Shown piece after piece: positions 28,501 through 40,003 of a DNA stretch of 64,000 nt; the stretch's first letter is position 1; the number at the start of each line of letters is the position of its first letter. Source of the DNA: a virus; IMG/VR virus record IMGVR_UViG_3300012932_000063. One strand, written 5' to 3'. The position numbers and the translations under genes are program-made. Under the pieces are notes generated by a model, which saw only the letters and a program-made list of their open reading frames with translations, did not search any database and was not told the origin of the DNA.

Positions 28501-31500
28501 ACTTGAAAAATTGGGGTATCTTTGAACAAGACGCTCAATATCACTATAGGACACATTCTGATTTCTATAGACTTCGAGAAAACAGGATAAAAGATATAGA
28601 ATTTGGATTATATGCCTCTAAACGCATATATAGAGTATTAGCAGAAATATCTAAATATCAATCTATTAAAGATTACAAGTTGTTCGGCAGAACTGTTTTA
28701 TCCAAAGGAACAAAACACACAAAACCAATATATGTGAGAAGATGGAAATGTAAAATCAGAGGTTATTACTTTTCAGAAATAGATGATTTAATTGAGTATG
28801 GATTTATTACCACAACTGACGGTAGCAAAGGGTACAAGTTATATACTATCACTGCTGCTGGTAAGGCATTCATGGTAAATAACCAACAATATCTAAATGA
28901 GGATTATAGAATATGAAAGAAACTTGTTTTTCTTGTAAATTTATGAGAACGATAAATCATCCAGGTGGCTTGTGGAAAGGCGGTCGTGAAGATGATATGA
29001 CACATGAACAAGTCAAAAACAACTACACTAAACCATCTATAACTTATCATTGTTGTTTTTATCCAAAACATATTGAAGTGGATAAAAACCATTGGTGCGG
29101 ACAATACGAATGTGATGCAATACGTATAGAAACCTTAGATAGTGAAACTGAATAACAGGAGATACAATGTCAAATAACAATTCCGAACTATGGATGTCCG
29201 AGAAACATGGTGCTATCTTAAACATTCAGAAGCCTAGTGAGAAAACTATATTATGCCTTGATTATATGGCGCATGATGAGTCTTTCAAAGTTTATGAATC
29301 AACCATAGATCACTTCAGAAAACAAGTGCTAAGATTTGATATGGTGTTAGGATTTGAAGGCTTAACCATAACGGAGATGATTATGCAGGATCATCATAGT
29401 AGAATGAAAAAAGAAGACATAAATGAAAGAGCTGCAGAAGCTACTCAAATTTTATGCTTCTGTAAGATTATGGAATTTTTACGCGAACTTGTATTAGAGA
29501 AATACACTGAAGATGAATTTGTGAAACGTCATGAACTAACAATTGATATTCATAAAAAAGCGACAGATATAGATATAGCATCCGAACTCTTAATGAAGGC
29601 GGATGATGGTAAATTAGCGGAAGTAGCAAGAGCAGCTATTACCAAAGTCAATTTATACAAACAACATGTTTTAGAGAATGTGAAATCTATTGAAGATGGT
29701 GATGCTAATTTTCAAAAGATTGTAACTGATGTTACATTAGAATTTGCGGATTATGTTATGCAAAGGAGAATTAAAGCGGTAATGAACTACTGCAAATCCG
29801 CAGGTATTAAAGTTATGGATTTAAGGACAAAGAAACGTTACAACCAATATAAAGGAGAATAATATTATGGGTTTAACCGTTTATGCCTATTGTTCTGATA
29901 GAGAACCTAACGCAGATACTAATTGCAGAACCCCTTGGGAATATATTCAAGAAGGTCAACATGCAGGATTAATGAAAGATGCTGGTGTTGACACTAAAAT
30001 TTTTGAATGGGACAGATATTGGGATATCCAGTGCTGGTTTCATAATTTATTCCTAGAGAAAGGTGGTATTTATACAGATAAATCTTTGCCATTTGCGCAT
30101 CCTGATAGTGTTGAACTCAACGACGATGATTTAGACAGATTAAAACAAGTCATCTTAAATTTAAGACTACCCACATGTGATTCTTATTTAGATGTAAAAC
30201 CCGAAGGTGTTTCTTTATGCAAAACTTGGTTTAGCATGAATGAAAAAGCAAAACTTGCCATGACTCGCGATTTTGGCAGGCACCTTGACTGGCTAGAAGA
30301 AACTATTGGATTTATCTATAACGCCAGTGTATTAATCGGCGAAGGTAAATATATCTATGTATTTTGCAGCTATTAGGAGGAGAATCCACAATGCAATGTT
30401 ATGTGCATTATTTCGAGCCAACTGATGAATGGTTAGTTATAGAGAAAGGCAAAATACTCATAATCTGTCAAACAGAGGAAAAAGCGGAAGAGTATATTCC
30501 TAAGTTTAAAGTGGGGGATTATGTGGATGCACCTTATGAATCTAAAACCAACTTTGTAATCAAAGAAGTGGGCAGATGCGTAGAAGGCGATTTGTTTTAT
30601 GATGTCTTCGGAATTAATTATTATTCTTTTGAACCTATAGAACTTATACCGGCTGTTAATCCACCCAGAGATTAAAGGAGACGTAAAAATGGCAAGCAAG
30701 AAAACCAAAGAGGAATTAGAACAAGAAAATGCTGCTTTGAAAGCGGAACTCAGAGCATACAATCTTAAGGAACACAGTGAACAAGGGGTTGTAAAGATGC
30801 TACAACTCCTTGAACAATATAATATACAACTAATTTTTGATTCAGGTGATTATGATGAACCTGCTAGAATTACGTTTATATGTGATGGCAAAGAAATATA
30901 CTCTGGTTATATACCAGACACACAATGGTTTTATGACTTAATGAAGGATTAATTATGAAACAATATAAAATTAGAGTGTTGTTCATAGAAGTTAAATCCA
31001 ATTATAATCAAGAGGGGTTACTTCATGAAGAACAAATAGAAGCACAAGACGTATATGTAGATGTGCCTCAAACTATGGACGGCGAATTTAGAATGATATA
31101 CAATAAAACTTTGATATATCTGTTTAAATTAACTAGCAAGTTTATTAAGAAAACTAACAGATTGAAAAACAAGTTAAAAAAGAAAGGAAAACTGAATGAA
31201 TATTGATGACTGCTGTGGTTATTGTCCTAACTGTAAAGAATTCAAAGACGACGACTATGGTCAATGGAAAATATCAGAAGATTCAAGGATAGAAACAGTG
31301 CGTGGTTGCCGCGATTGTGGACATACACTTACAAGCATGGAAACTGTTAAGGCAATATTGCCGGAACTTCTAAACGACCTTGAAAAACAGGAGAAAACAT
31401 GCACCAAGAAATTTTGAGGATAAAAACTGATTTTGACACCGTTGTTGATGAAAACGACAAGAAAGGCATAGTGGTACATTATGACAAATATAATCATCAA

Positions 31501-31671
31501 GTGGTGGTACAATATCATGCGCGTGGCAAAAACAGCGCACATTATGTTATTTATAGCATAGTTAACAGAGAAGATGTAGATGATATGTCAATCTTGCTCG
31601 AAGTAGTATCAATGATGAGTTTTCCATCAAGCAGGCCTAGAAAGGGCTATGAAATAAAATGGGAGAATTAA
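25571..31671 (+). other. Run of about 17 phage hypothetical genes (incl. CxxC paralogues 26425/26703, and 28230, 29167, 29867)
   Basis: Tightly packed co-oriented ORFs with RBS. Confidence 0.65.
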
Positions 31672-31674
31672 AAA

Positions 31675-32061
31675 GTGAAAACTTTTGAATTGCATGTCTT
31701 TCTTAACTACAAGAGAATAATCTCTTGTTCCACTATACTGCATGAATTTATTTATGCAGAAAATGTGGAAGAGGCTAGATCCAAAGCAAAGAAATTTGTG
31801 AGAAATCAAGAAGAACTATCTAAACACATAGTAGGTGACACACAAGTAGAAGAACTATTATGGAATCAATGGGGGCCAAGCGACAGATGGGGCGACATGG
31901 TAGACCAAATAGAAACAGAATGGTTTATCATAGAGGATGGTCTTAATCATCTGCCGCGAATGGTACCACACGAAGGCTGCTTTCGCATCTGGTTACAAGA
32001 ATATATTATGAAAGAACCGGAAGCATGCCCAGAATGTGGGAGATATTATGAGGAATACTAA
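31675..32061 (+). CDS. Hypothetical protein with C-terminal CPECG
   Basis: ORF in operon. Confidence 0.6.
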   Translation: MKTFELHVFLNYKRIISCSTILHEFIYAENVEEARSKAKKFVRNQEELSKHIVGDTQVEELLWNQWGPSDRWGDMVDQIETEWFIIEDGLNHLPRMVPHEGCFRIWLQEYIMKEPEACPECGRYYEEY

Positions 32062-32488
32062 AGATCCTATGCCACCACCAGAGGCAACACCTGAAGAAAT
32101 CGGGGAATTTTGGGACACGCACTCTTTAGCAGATTATTGGGAAGAAACTCATGAGGTAGAAATGGAGGTAAATTTAGTGAAACATCATAAATATGCGCAT
32201 CACGAATTGCGCAAACTAAAAATGATTGAGTTATTCAGCATGAAAGGCAAAGACGGTGCCTATATCTGTAAAAAGTTATTCGCAAATATGCGAAAAAACA
32301 AGGAAGATATAGATGATGTAGAAAATGTTTGTCCTTATGGTGATCGGTGGTTAGTATGGACATTAGATCGTGTTTATATGTTACAAGAAGATTCTTTAGG
32401 AATACTAATAATTAACTCTGTAGCACGACATCCTATTGCAGGTTCTATCAAAATAAATCGTTTTAATCAAGATGAGGTGAAATCATGA
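32048..32488 (+). CDS. Protein with N-terminal CopG/BrnA-type antitoxin motif
   Basis: PEEIGEFWDTHSLADYWEE matches the EFWDTH..DY antitoxin signature. Confidence 0.6.
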   Translation: MRNTKDPMPPPEATPEEIGEFWDTHSLADYWEETHEVEMEVNLVKHHKYAHHELRKLKMIELFSMKGKDGAYICKKLFANMRKNKEDIDDVENVCPYGDRWLVWTLDRVYMLQEDSLGILIINSVARHPIAGSIKINRFNQDEVKS

Positions 32489-33411
32489 AACCATTGACTG
32501 TTCAAATCATGGAATACATAGATGAATACCCAAGACCGACTATTGAAGAATTACATCAAGTATTTAGCAACCACTCTAATCTTGCAGTAAGTCTGGCGGT
32601 AGCAGAACTGTATCGTGAAAATAAAATCACAAGCATTACTTCTTATATCATAATGCCTAATGCTTCTGAAGAGGAATAATATGCGATTTATACATTATTC
32701 TGATGAACTTATTGATGCTGTGCGGCCTGCTTGTTATATTCAAGAATTGAATCATAAGCCGCACGGTTTCTGGTTTTCAGTAGAACATCAACATGAAAAC
32801 CTGAATTGGAAGCAGTGGTGCGAATCTGAAGAATTTGCTTTAGAAAAACTTAAGTATCCTCATCTGCTTCATTTACATAATAACGCTAACATACTTTGCA
32901 TTAAAAGCATTGAAGATATGTTCACATTTAACAAACTTTATCTAGAGATACCAGATAAACTGAAAGGTCATAATTTTAGAATAATAACTAATTTTCATAT
33001 CAATTGGAAGAAAGTATCCTCTGATTATGACGGCATCATCATCACACCATACCAATGGACTTGTCGATTACATAATGATTTTTTCTGGTATTATACTTGG
33101 GATTGTTCTTCAGGTTGTGTGTGGAATTTAGAAGTTATTAAATCTATATATAAATTAGAGGAGAACATTAAATGTCCAAACCAATACATGGAAAAGTCTT
33201 AGCAGTCACTGAAGACGGTAATTTGGTTATCAAAATGAAAGATAATCGTCTATTAAAAGTGTCATCTATATATTGTTCTATTGATCCTCATGAGTATGTT
33301 AACAAATATTATAGCTTCTTACAACAGGATATCCTTGAAAACCTGAGTACTATGGACTACGCAAAATTACTTATCAAAAAGATATTTAATTATAAGAAGG
33401 AATTATATTAA
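32485..33411 (+). other. Three phage hypothetical genes (32485, 32681, 33172)
   Basis: Co-oriented ORFs. Confidence 0.6.
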
Positions 33412-33467
33412 ACTTGAAGATTGTTGTTAATCGTGCTATAATAGCACAACTCAAAAAGGAGAACACT

Positions 33468-33914
33468 ATGATTAAGTTAAACAAGACGTATATTTTTATA
33501 TTCGTCTTAATCTCTCTTACACCAATATCGTGTATGAGAGCATGTAATGAAGCAGCAGACGTCGCACACGAGGAATTTGGTCCTCGAGAACTACTTAGAA
33601 AATATGAGTGGTTCAAAGATGCATCCAGTCAGCTGGATAAGAAGAAGTCTGACATTAAAGTATATGAAACCCGGCTGAAAACTATGTCTGACACTTATGA
33701 AGGTGTTAAGAGAATAGATTGGCCAAAGGAAGACAGAGAACAATATAACCTTTGGACTTCTGAAGTGGCTGGTGTGAGAGCAAGTTATAATACACTCGCT
33801 GCCGAATATAATTCACAGATGTCCAAATTTAATTGGCGATTCACTAACGCAGGCCAGTTACCAGAAGGTGCAACAGAAACCCTGCCGCGTGAATTCAAAC
33901 CTTATGAGGAGTAG
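33468..33914 (+). CDS. Conserved phage membrane/lipoprotein-like protein
   Basis: TM then LLRKYEWFKD..LAAEYNSQM; paired with the next gene. Confidence 0.7.
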   Translation: MIKLNKTYIFIFVLISLTPISCMRACNEAADVAHEEFGPRELLRKYEWFKDASSQLDKKKSDIKVYETRLKTMSDTYEGVKRIDWPKEDREQYNLWTSEVAGVRASYNTLAAEYNSQMSKFNWRFTNAGQLPEGATETLPREFKPYEE

Positions 33915-33918
33915 ATTA

Positions 33919-34557
33919 ATGCCAAAGAAAAAGTTTCATTTCTTCGCGTCTGATTACTATAGAGAAACAGACAAATTTCCATACGTGCAATTAACAATAC
34001 AACTAATTGTGGTAATTGCCGCTTTAATCTATTTGGTAATACATTTTACTGGTTGCGAATATAGAAGTGAAGAGCCGACTTCTGCATCCGGTATAAAACC
34101 TATTACTGCCAAAGTGCAAACTAACGCAGAAGGTGTCACGGTGGAACAACAAAACATACGTGACAGATTGTTAATGGACAATAAACCGGGTTCAATCAAA
34201 CACTTGTATATTATATCCGCGTACAGCGGTCAAGTTTTGATCTATAGCACTGTTAGAGGCAAAGTAACATCTTCAGGCAAAAGGTTACAACCGACACGTA
34301 TTGTTGTTGGTGCTTCTGGCGAATGGCGAAGACCTGGTTTCTTCTTCAAAAAGACTGAGGGCAGAGATATGATAACTGATGAAGTACCTCAAGATGATGG
34401 TTCATACGGCAGTTCCATACCTTATCTATATTGGTGGGATGCCGCTGGAAGATACCATCAGCATTATATTAGTGGTGGTCAAATCTTACATATATCTGAC
34501 CAGCCTGTTCCTGTGAAAAACGTTCAGATCAACATGACTCTCACAACAAAAGAGTAA
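33919..34557 (+). CDS. Conserved phage lipoprotein-like protein
   Basis: FTGC; KVTSSGKRLQP..DGSYGSSIPYLYWWD. Confidence 0.7.
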   Translation: MPKKKFHFFASDYYRETDKFPYVQLTIQLIVVIAALIYLVIHFTGCEYRSEEPTSASGIKPITAKVQTNAEGVTVEQQNIRDRLLMDNKPGSIKHLYIISAYSGQVLIYSTVRGKVTSSGKRLQPTRIVVGASGEWRRPGFFFKKTEGRDMITDEVPQDDGSYGSSIPYLYWWDAAGRYHQHYISGGQILHISDQPVPVKNVQINMTLTTKE

Positions 34558-34682
34558 ACTGATTTTATCAATGCTGTGGCAGGTTCAAAAAGCCTGCCCA
34601 GTATATCATGTCACATTTTCATTTAAAACCAATCCTGTGCCAACCTGGCAAACCCTAATATATCTTACAGAGTCATAAACAC

Positions 34683-36676
34683 ATGGCAAAAAATAAAAAC
34701 ACAAAAGATACGGGCTATATACGTAATATATATACAGCATACTGTAAATGTGGTAAATATGCTGCTAGTTCTTTATATCACTATGAAATTGACAGAATGG
34801 CTATTGACCATGCTGAGATATGCGGACACAATGTGGTTATCAGGAGAAACGACTCCGCTATTAATTGGGTCTGTCCAGATGAACGTGAATACAGAAGGAA
34901 AAAGAAAGAGGAATATGAACAAGCGCGTTATGTGTGTATCCAAAGAGTAGGTTCATTTACACAGATTGTAAGATTCTAAACAAGAGACTTTGTCGTGCCA
35001 CTGCATTTTTCGGCACATGAGCAAATTCTCAAGATTGATATATCAAAACAAGGAGATATTATGTCTGCTGAAGAAACAAAAATCGGTTTGCCAACTGAAG
35101 AAGAATTGACACAGGCGATTAGAATCGCTAACAGAGGTGCTGGTGCTATACATATACTTTGTGATATGCTTGATGCACTTCGTGAAGGCAGATTAGAAGT
35201 AAAAACTTACGAAGGTTATTTACATGGTTATATTGAAACCCCATATAAAAACATCAGAATTCGCAAAAAGATGGATAGGTAGGTAAAAATATGTTTATAA
35301 TATATGTGAGCACACCCATGACCAAGAAAACTGATACTGGTGCCACGGAACAATTTTGTGAAGTTCACGGCATACAAGGCACTGGTAGAATTAACTTAGG
35401 TATCTTATTATTAGATACCATTAACAAAGAAAGAGGTGTAGAATTTATACCTCATAATAAGTCCGAAGATAGAATTGAATTTTTTACTCTTCGCGATGCT
35501 ATGGACGGACTGAACGTCCTTTATAACAGACAGGAGATTGAAAAGTGAGTTATGATATTGATATTTTAGACGAAAACGGCAATGTTATGATATGCAATGA
35601 AGGGCACATGTTAAGTGGTGGCACAGTAAGAGTGGATAGAAACTTAGAAAGAATACCTATACAAGAAGCTTCTATTAACATTACTTATAACTACTATCAG
35701 CAATATAAATTAATTTGGGAGGAAGGTTCTCTTAATCAATTTGATGGCAAACGTGCCGCAGATATTATACCTCAGTTAGAAGAAGGCATTACTAAACTTG
35801 AAAGTTTTTGTGATGAAACATTTATTAAAAGTAAAGGTATATCAATGGAAGAAATTGATTATTGGACTGCTGCACCTTCTAATGCTTGTAAAGCATTGAA
35901 AGACCTCAAATTCTTATGTGAGGAATGCCCTGATGGCACGATTGCTGTACATTAATCAGCATCTGAATATGCGGCGGACAAATGTTCGCCGCAATAACAT
36001 GGAGGACTAACATGGATAAATTAAAAGAATTGTTAAATAATACCACCCAAGAAATAAGACAATATATTGACACAGGGGGTAATAAACATGAATTTGAAGA
36101 CGACATATCACAAATTACTATACATGTACCAGAACAAGAGGAAATGATAAAATTAATATCTAGTGGATACCCTGAAGCCATAGAATATATGAAAATAGGA
36201 AAAGATAGCAGAGTTACTTTTTATACTACTCCTATACAAAAAAATATGTCAACCAATAAATTTGCTATGTTTATGACAGATTTAAGTTTGTTTTTTCTGA
36301 AAGGATTATAAGACGAAAAATGAAAGATGATTTGAAAAAATTATTACAAGAGACTAATGATATATTAAACGACACTATTAACATATTGAAAAAACCGAAA
36401 GGCGATGTTGGTAGGGTACCACCTAAACCTCTCACTTATAATTATACTATTAGCGAAATTCAAAAAGAGAATTTTATTAAATTAGTCGCATGGAAATATC
36501 CAGAGTTAGCACAATTTATCAAAGTGAAAGTAAATGAGTTTGAACCACATGGGGCGCATGGATTACATTGTAACATGGATGCTATAGAAAACAGCATGGC
36601 TGCAGATAAATTTAGCTTATTTTTAATAGATTTACAACACGCTTTAGTGAAAGGATTAGGTGACAAATGGGAATAA
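34683..36676 (+). other. Six phage hypothetical genes (34683, 35061, 35291, 35545, paralogues 36012/36320)
   Basis: Co-oriented ORFs with RBS. Confidence 0.6.
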
Positions 36677-37038
36677 ATGTGGGGGTGACATACTTGAATT
36701 GTTTAAACGTGAGAAGTCTTATTGATACGAAAATCGCGTCCTTTTCAGGGCAAGGCGATGTTGTTTTTAGAGAAATTAAAATTTTTTTTGATAAAAACGA
36801 AAAAGTAGTCTTATCATTCAAAGATATGGAATTGATAACACCTACTTTTTTAAATGCCGCTATAGGTCAACTCTATGGTATATATCCGAGACATAAAATA
36901 AAAGAATTATTATCTGTAGATGATATAGAAGATGATGACCTATATATTATCAAAAGAGTAGTAGATAACGCTATAGAGTTTTTCAAAAGGAGAAATGTAT
37001 ATGAAAGAAATCAAATTCCCTCTCAAGATAATCAATAA
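36667..37038 (+). CDS. STAS-like (DUF4325) protein
   Basis: VVLSFKDMELITPTFLNAAIGQLY..IKRVVDNA. Confidence 0.75.
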   Translation: MGINVGVTYLNCLNVRSLIDTKIASFSGQGDVVFREIKIFFDKNEKVVLSFKDMELITPTFLNAAIGQLYGIYPRHKIKELLSVDDIEDDDLYIIKRVVDNAIEFFKRRNVYERNQIPSQDNQ

Positions 37039-37101
37039 TATTAAAATCGATATAGAAGAAACCGTATCAAAAGAAGAAGCTATAAAACGGGTAAATGTTA
37101 T
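37001..37101 (+). pseudogene. 5' part of a small ORF interrupted by the TnpB element (3' part at 40069-40090)
   Basis: Joining 37101 to 40069 gives MKEIKFPL..KRVNVIEIGVIE-stop, with ATGA overlap to the next gene. Confidence 0.65.
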
Positions 37102-37223
37102 CAAAGTCTTCCATTTCAAAACTCCATGCTTTAGCTTGGAGATGTAGAAATGGCGCAGGGCGTGTTTCATGGAACTGGACTTGGTATGATAAAAAACATA
37201 GCCAAGCCCAATCTTTTTGCAGG

Positions 37224-37520
37224 TTACACTGCCTTCCATTTTCTGCCTATTCTTACAACTTTTCTTCGTTCAAGTAATCTAAACAGTGATTCTCTGACGG
37301 TAAGGTTGTAAGGTGCTGTTGGGTGCGTATCCAATTTTGTGGGTATAGACAATCTCAATGTAATCTCACCTTGGGTGAGACACTGATTCCATTTTCCTTT
37401 AACTTCTAACAACACTTCCAAAACCGCAGAATCAAGAATTAATAACGCTATTTCCGATTTAATCTGCGGATCCATATTCATAAACAAATCATAATCGGCG
37501 TTATCCAAGGGCTGTTTCAT
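37224..37520 (-). CDS. Winged-helix-like hypothetical protein (cargo)
   Basis: AGGAG RBS; helical body ending in VVRIGRKWK hairpin. Confidence 0.65.
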   Translation of the reverse strand: MKQPLDNADYDLFMNMDPQIKSEIALLILDSAVLEVLLEVKGKWNQCLTQGEITLRLSIPTKLDTHPTAPYNLTVRESLFRLLERRKVVRIGRKWKAV

Positions 37521-37657
37521 TTCAACAGTTCTCCTATAATGCACTTGTATATTAACAATTTTCGCGCGTTAATCATTGACTAAATACGCGAAAAATGCTA
37601 ATATACAAGTTAGGTTAAGTTACATTTAAGTTGCAAGTACAAAACACTTGTAACTTC

Positions 37658-37719
37658 AAGGCAGCTGATTGCCAAGAATTGTTGGTTCTTGGGCGGGGTT
37701 TAATTCCCCGCTTGCCTTT
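37658..37719 (+). ncRNA. D-arm-less tRNA-like RNA
   Basis: AAGGCAG/TTGCCTT stem, CCAAGAA-TTGTTGG-TTCTTGG arm, GCGGGG-TTTAATT-CCCCGC T-arm; promoter TTGACT-17-TAATAT at 37576-37604. Confidence 0.55.
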
Positions 37720-37827
37720 TTCTACAAAAAATTCTACAATATTTGTGGATTTTTCGCAATACTGAAAGTTTAATAAGTGAATATATGGTAGGTAATTGGG
37801 CGATCTGTTTGGATCGTCTATTTTAAT

Positions 37828-37856
37828 TTGACATGCTATTGTAAATCGCGTATAAT
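37828..37856 (+). promoter_or_regulatory. Consensus sigma70 promoter
   Basis: TTGACA-17-TATAAT. Confidence 0.75.
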
Positions 37857-38018
37857 AGTATTTGTGAAAGGGAGGCAAGGATTGCCGTCCATACCTCCCG
37901 ATGCTAATTTTCAGGAATATGGCTGTTTTTGTGGAGTCGCCAGCAAGTCCCCGAAAAAGAAAAGTTAGAATAACCACTTGGGGTGCAATGAAACGGAAAT
38001 AAAAGAGGTGTGTAAAAT

Positions 38019-38120
38019 ATGGAAGGGAATTTTGGGTATGTTTTACTAGTATTTAATGTGATTAACACAATTATACTTCTTTACGTGCTTAAGTTAACAA
38101 AAGACGAAAAAGACGAATAA
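38019..38120 (+). CDS. 33-aa single-TM peptide
   Basis: Hand-translated MEGNFGYVLLVFNVINTIILLYVLKLTKDEKDE; GAGGTG RBS. Confidence 0.6.
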   Translation: MEGNFGYVLLVFNVINTIILLYVLKLTKDEKDE

Positions 38121-38344
38121 AAGTGTTTCTGACCCTAATTCTGAAAAAGTGATATTGAAAACGAAAATCTGAATTACTTAAAGAATGGATTAATACTGGA
38201 GGATGGTAATTTTTTAGAATTTTCATTTTAACTGGATTAACTCTTGAAAATGCGTTAAAATTGAATTAAGTTGTCGTAAATTCAGGTCAGTGTCACGACA
38301 CACTGACCTGAAAAATATCAATACGTTATTTTTAGGAGTTAATT

Positions 38345-38584
38345 ATGTTGAACCAATCACGTACCGATATATCTGTTACTAAAGAATTGCAGAAAATTTC
38401 ATATATTTTCCAGCAATTCCAGCAACAAGAAAAAGCATTTAGAGAAATTGAAAAGATTCTTTCAAGACCTCTCGCTATTTCGCAGATTGAATCCTCTTCC
38501 CGCAAAACAAACGAAAAAATTGTTGAAATGCATAGGAAAAGGATAGAATATTGCTTGAAAATTGGATTCTCACCTTTTCTTTAA
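38345..38584 (+). CDS. Hypothetical protein (cargo)
   Basis: AGGAG RBS. Confidence 0.6.
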   Translation: MLNQSRTDISVTKELQKISYIFQQFQQQEKAFREIEKILSRPLAISQIESSSRKTNEKIVEMHRKRIEYCLKIGFSPFL

Positions 38585-38652
38585 TAACGGCTATATTTTA
38601 CAATAAATCTGGATTGGTGTCAAGTGTAATGCGGTACCAAGCCAGATTTTTG

Positions 38653-38779
38653 TTGACAAAAATATGTAATTGTGATATTATATGTTTTACCAGTTTGGCA
38701 GGCATTGTTAGCTTTGCCGCAAGGCATTGTGCCTGCCTCCCACTAACAAGGGGATAATCAAACTGGCACTGGTAATTCC
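38653..38779 (+). promoter_or_regulatory. Promoter and pseudoknotted 5' leader of tnpB copy 2
   Basis: TTGACA-17-TATTAT, then three-way junction with 7-bp loop-loop complementarity. Confidence 0.55.
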
Positions 38780-40003
38780 ATGAGATTAGTAAGAACCAAA
38801 AGGCTTAAGATACAAAGGCAATCTATCTTTTCTGAGATTAATGCCGCGTCTGCTGATGTATGGCGTGAATGCTGTGATTTGATGGATATGTATCAGTGGC
38901 GGCGTGGTTATGGTCATGCTCACATGGATTTCTATATTGGTGAGGATTGTGAGGGTTGGGTGGATAAGAATTTGTCTAAGTCTCAGCCTTTACATTCTCA
39001 GAGTATACAGGCGGTGCGTGCCTCATATTTTAAATCTTGGGCGTCCTATGCAGTGCTTAAGAAAACAGGTGGCATCAGGAAACCTAAACCGCCTAATAAG
39101 AAAAAGAAATATCGTACCACCCACTGGAAGAAGTCCGCCATCAGATTTTATGAAAGTGGATTATTAGGCAAACGCGTTCTGCTTTCTATGGGTGCCGGCA
39201 GACCAAGATTAGATATAAAGCTGCCAAAAAACTTTGATATGTCCACAAATCATTTGATTGCAACTATTGAGTTGGTCTATGATTATGGGCAATGGGAGTT
39301 ACATTTCACATATTATGAAACTATAGAGAAGCCAGAAGCTGGTAATGGTGTTATAGGTATTGATTTGGGTGAGGTTCATCCGATGGTATGTTTTGATGGT
39401 CAAGTTGCTCTAATTTTTAATGGACGCTATATCCGCTCGCTATATCGCCTTAGAAATAAAGTTCTTGCAGGATTCAATGCTGCCATTAGTAAATGTCAAC
39501 GCCATTCCAAACGCTGGTGGAAGCTAACGCGTCGCAAGTGGAAGCGCATCAGAAGGATAGATAATCAAATCAAGGACGGCTTACACAAACACACGCGAAA
39601 GTTAATGGATGAATGTGAGGTAAGAGGTATTGGGACCGTTGTTGTTGGTAATTTGACGGGCATCCGCGATCATATAGATTACGGCAAAAAGTCAAATCAA
39701 AAACTGCATCAGTGGCCCTTCGCTAAGTTGATAAACATGATAACCTACAAAGCAAAAGCATTAGGTATCAAAGTGAAACATATCAACGAGGCATATACCT
39801 CCCAAACTTGCCCGAAATGCGGCAATAGAAAGAAACCTAATAAACGTGAGTATAAATGTAAGTGTGGTTTCACATATCATCGTGATGGTGTGGGCGCAAT
39901 CAATATAAGACAAAAGTATCTGGGATGCCTCGGTGTCCCCGTAGTGGCGCACATGGCGGCGCCCCAGGGCTTCAGATTAGAAGTCCCGGTTGCCTTGACT
40001 TAA
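38780..40003 (+). CDS. tnpB: TnpB (IS200/IS605-family RNA-guided endonuclease), copy 2
   Basis: GIDLG, VVVGNL, INEAYTSQTCPKCG, HRDGVGAINI. Confidence 0.93.
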   Translation: MRLVRTKRLKIQRQSIFSEINAASADVWRECCDLMDMYQWRRGYGHAHMDFYIGEDCEGWVDKNLSKSQPLHSQSIQAVRASYFKSWASYAVLKKTGGIRKPKPPNKKKKYRTTHWKKSAIRFYESGLLGKRVLLSMGAGRPRLDIKLPKNFDMSTNHLIATIELVYDYGQWELHFTYYETIEKPEAGNGVIGIDLGEVHPMVCFDGQVALIFNGRYIRSLYRLRNKVLAGFNAAISKCQRHSKRWWKLTRRKWKRIRRIDNQIKDGLHKHTRKLMDECEVRGIGTVVVGNLTGIRDHIDYGKKSNQKLHQWPFAKLINMITYKAKALGIKVKHINEAYTSQTCPKCGNRKKPNKREYKCKCGFTYHRDGVGAINIRQKYLGCLGVPVVAHMAAPQGFRLEVPVALT

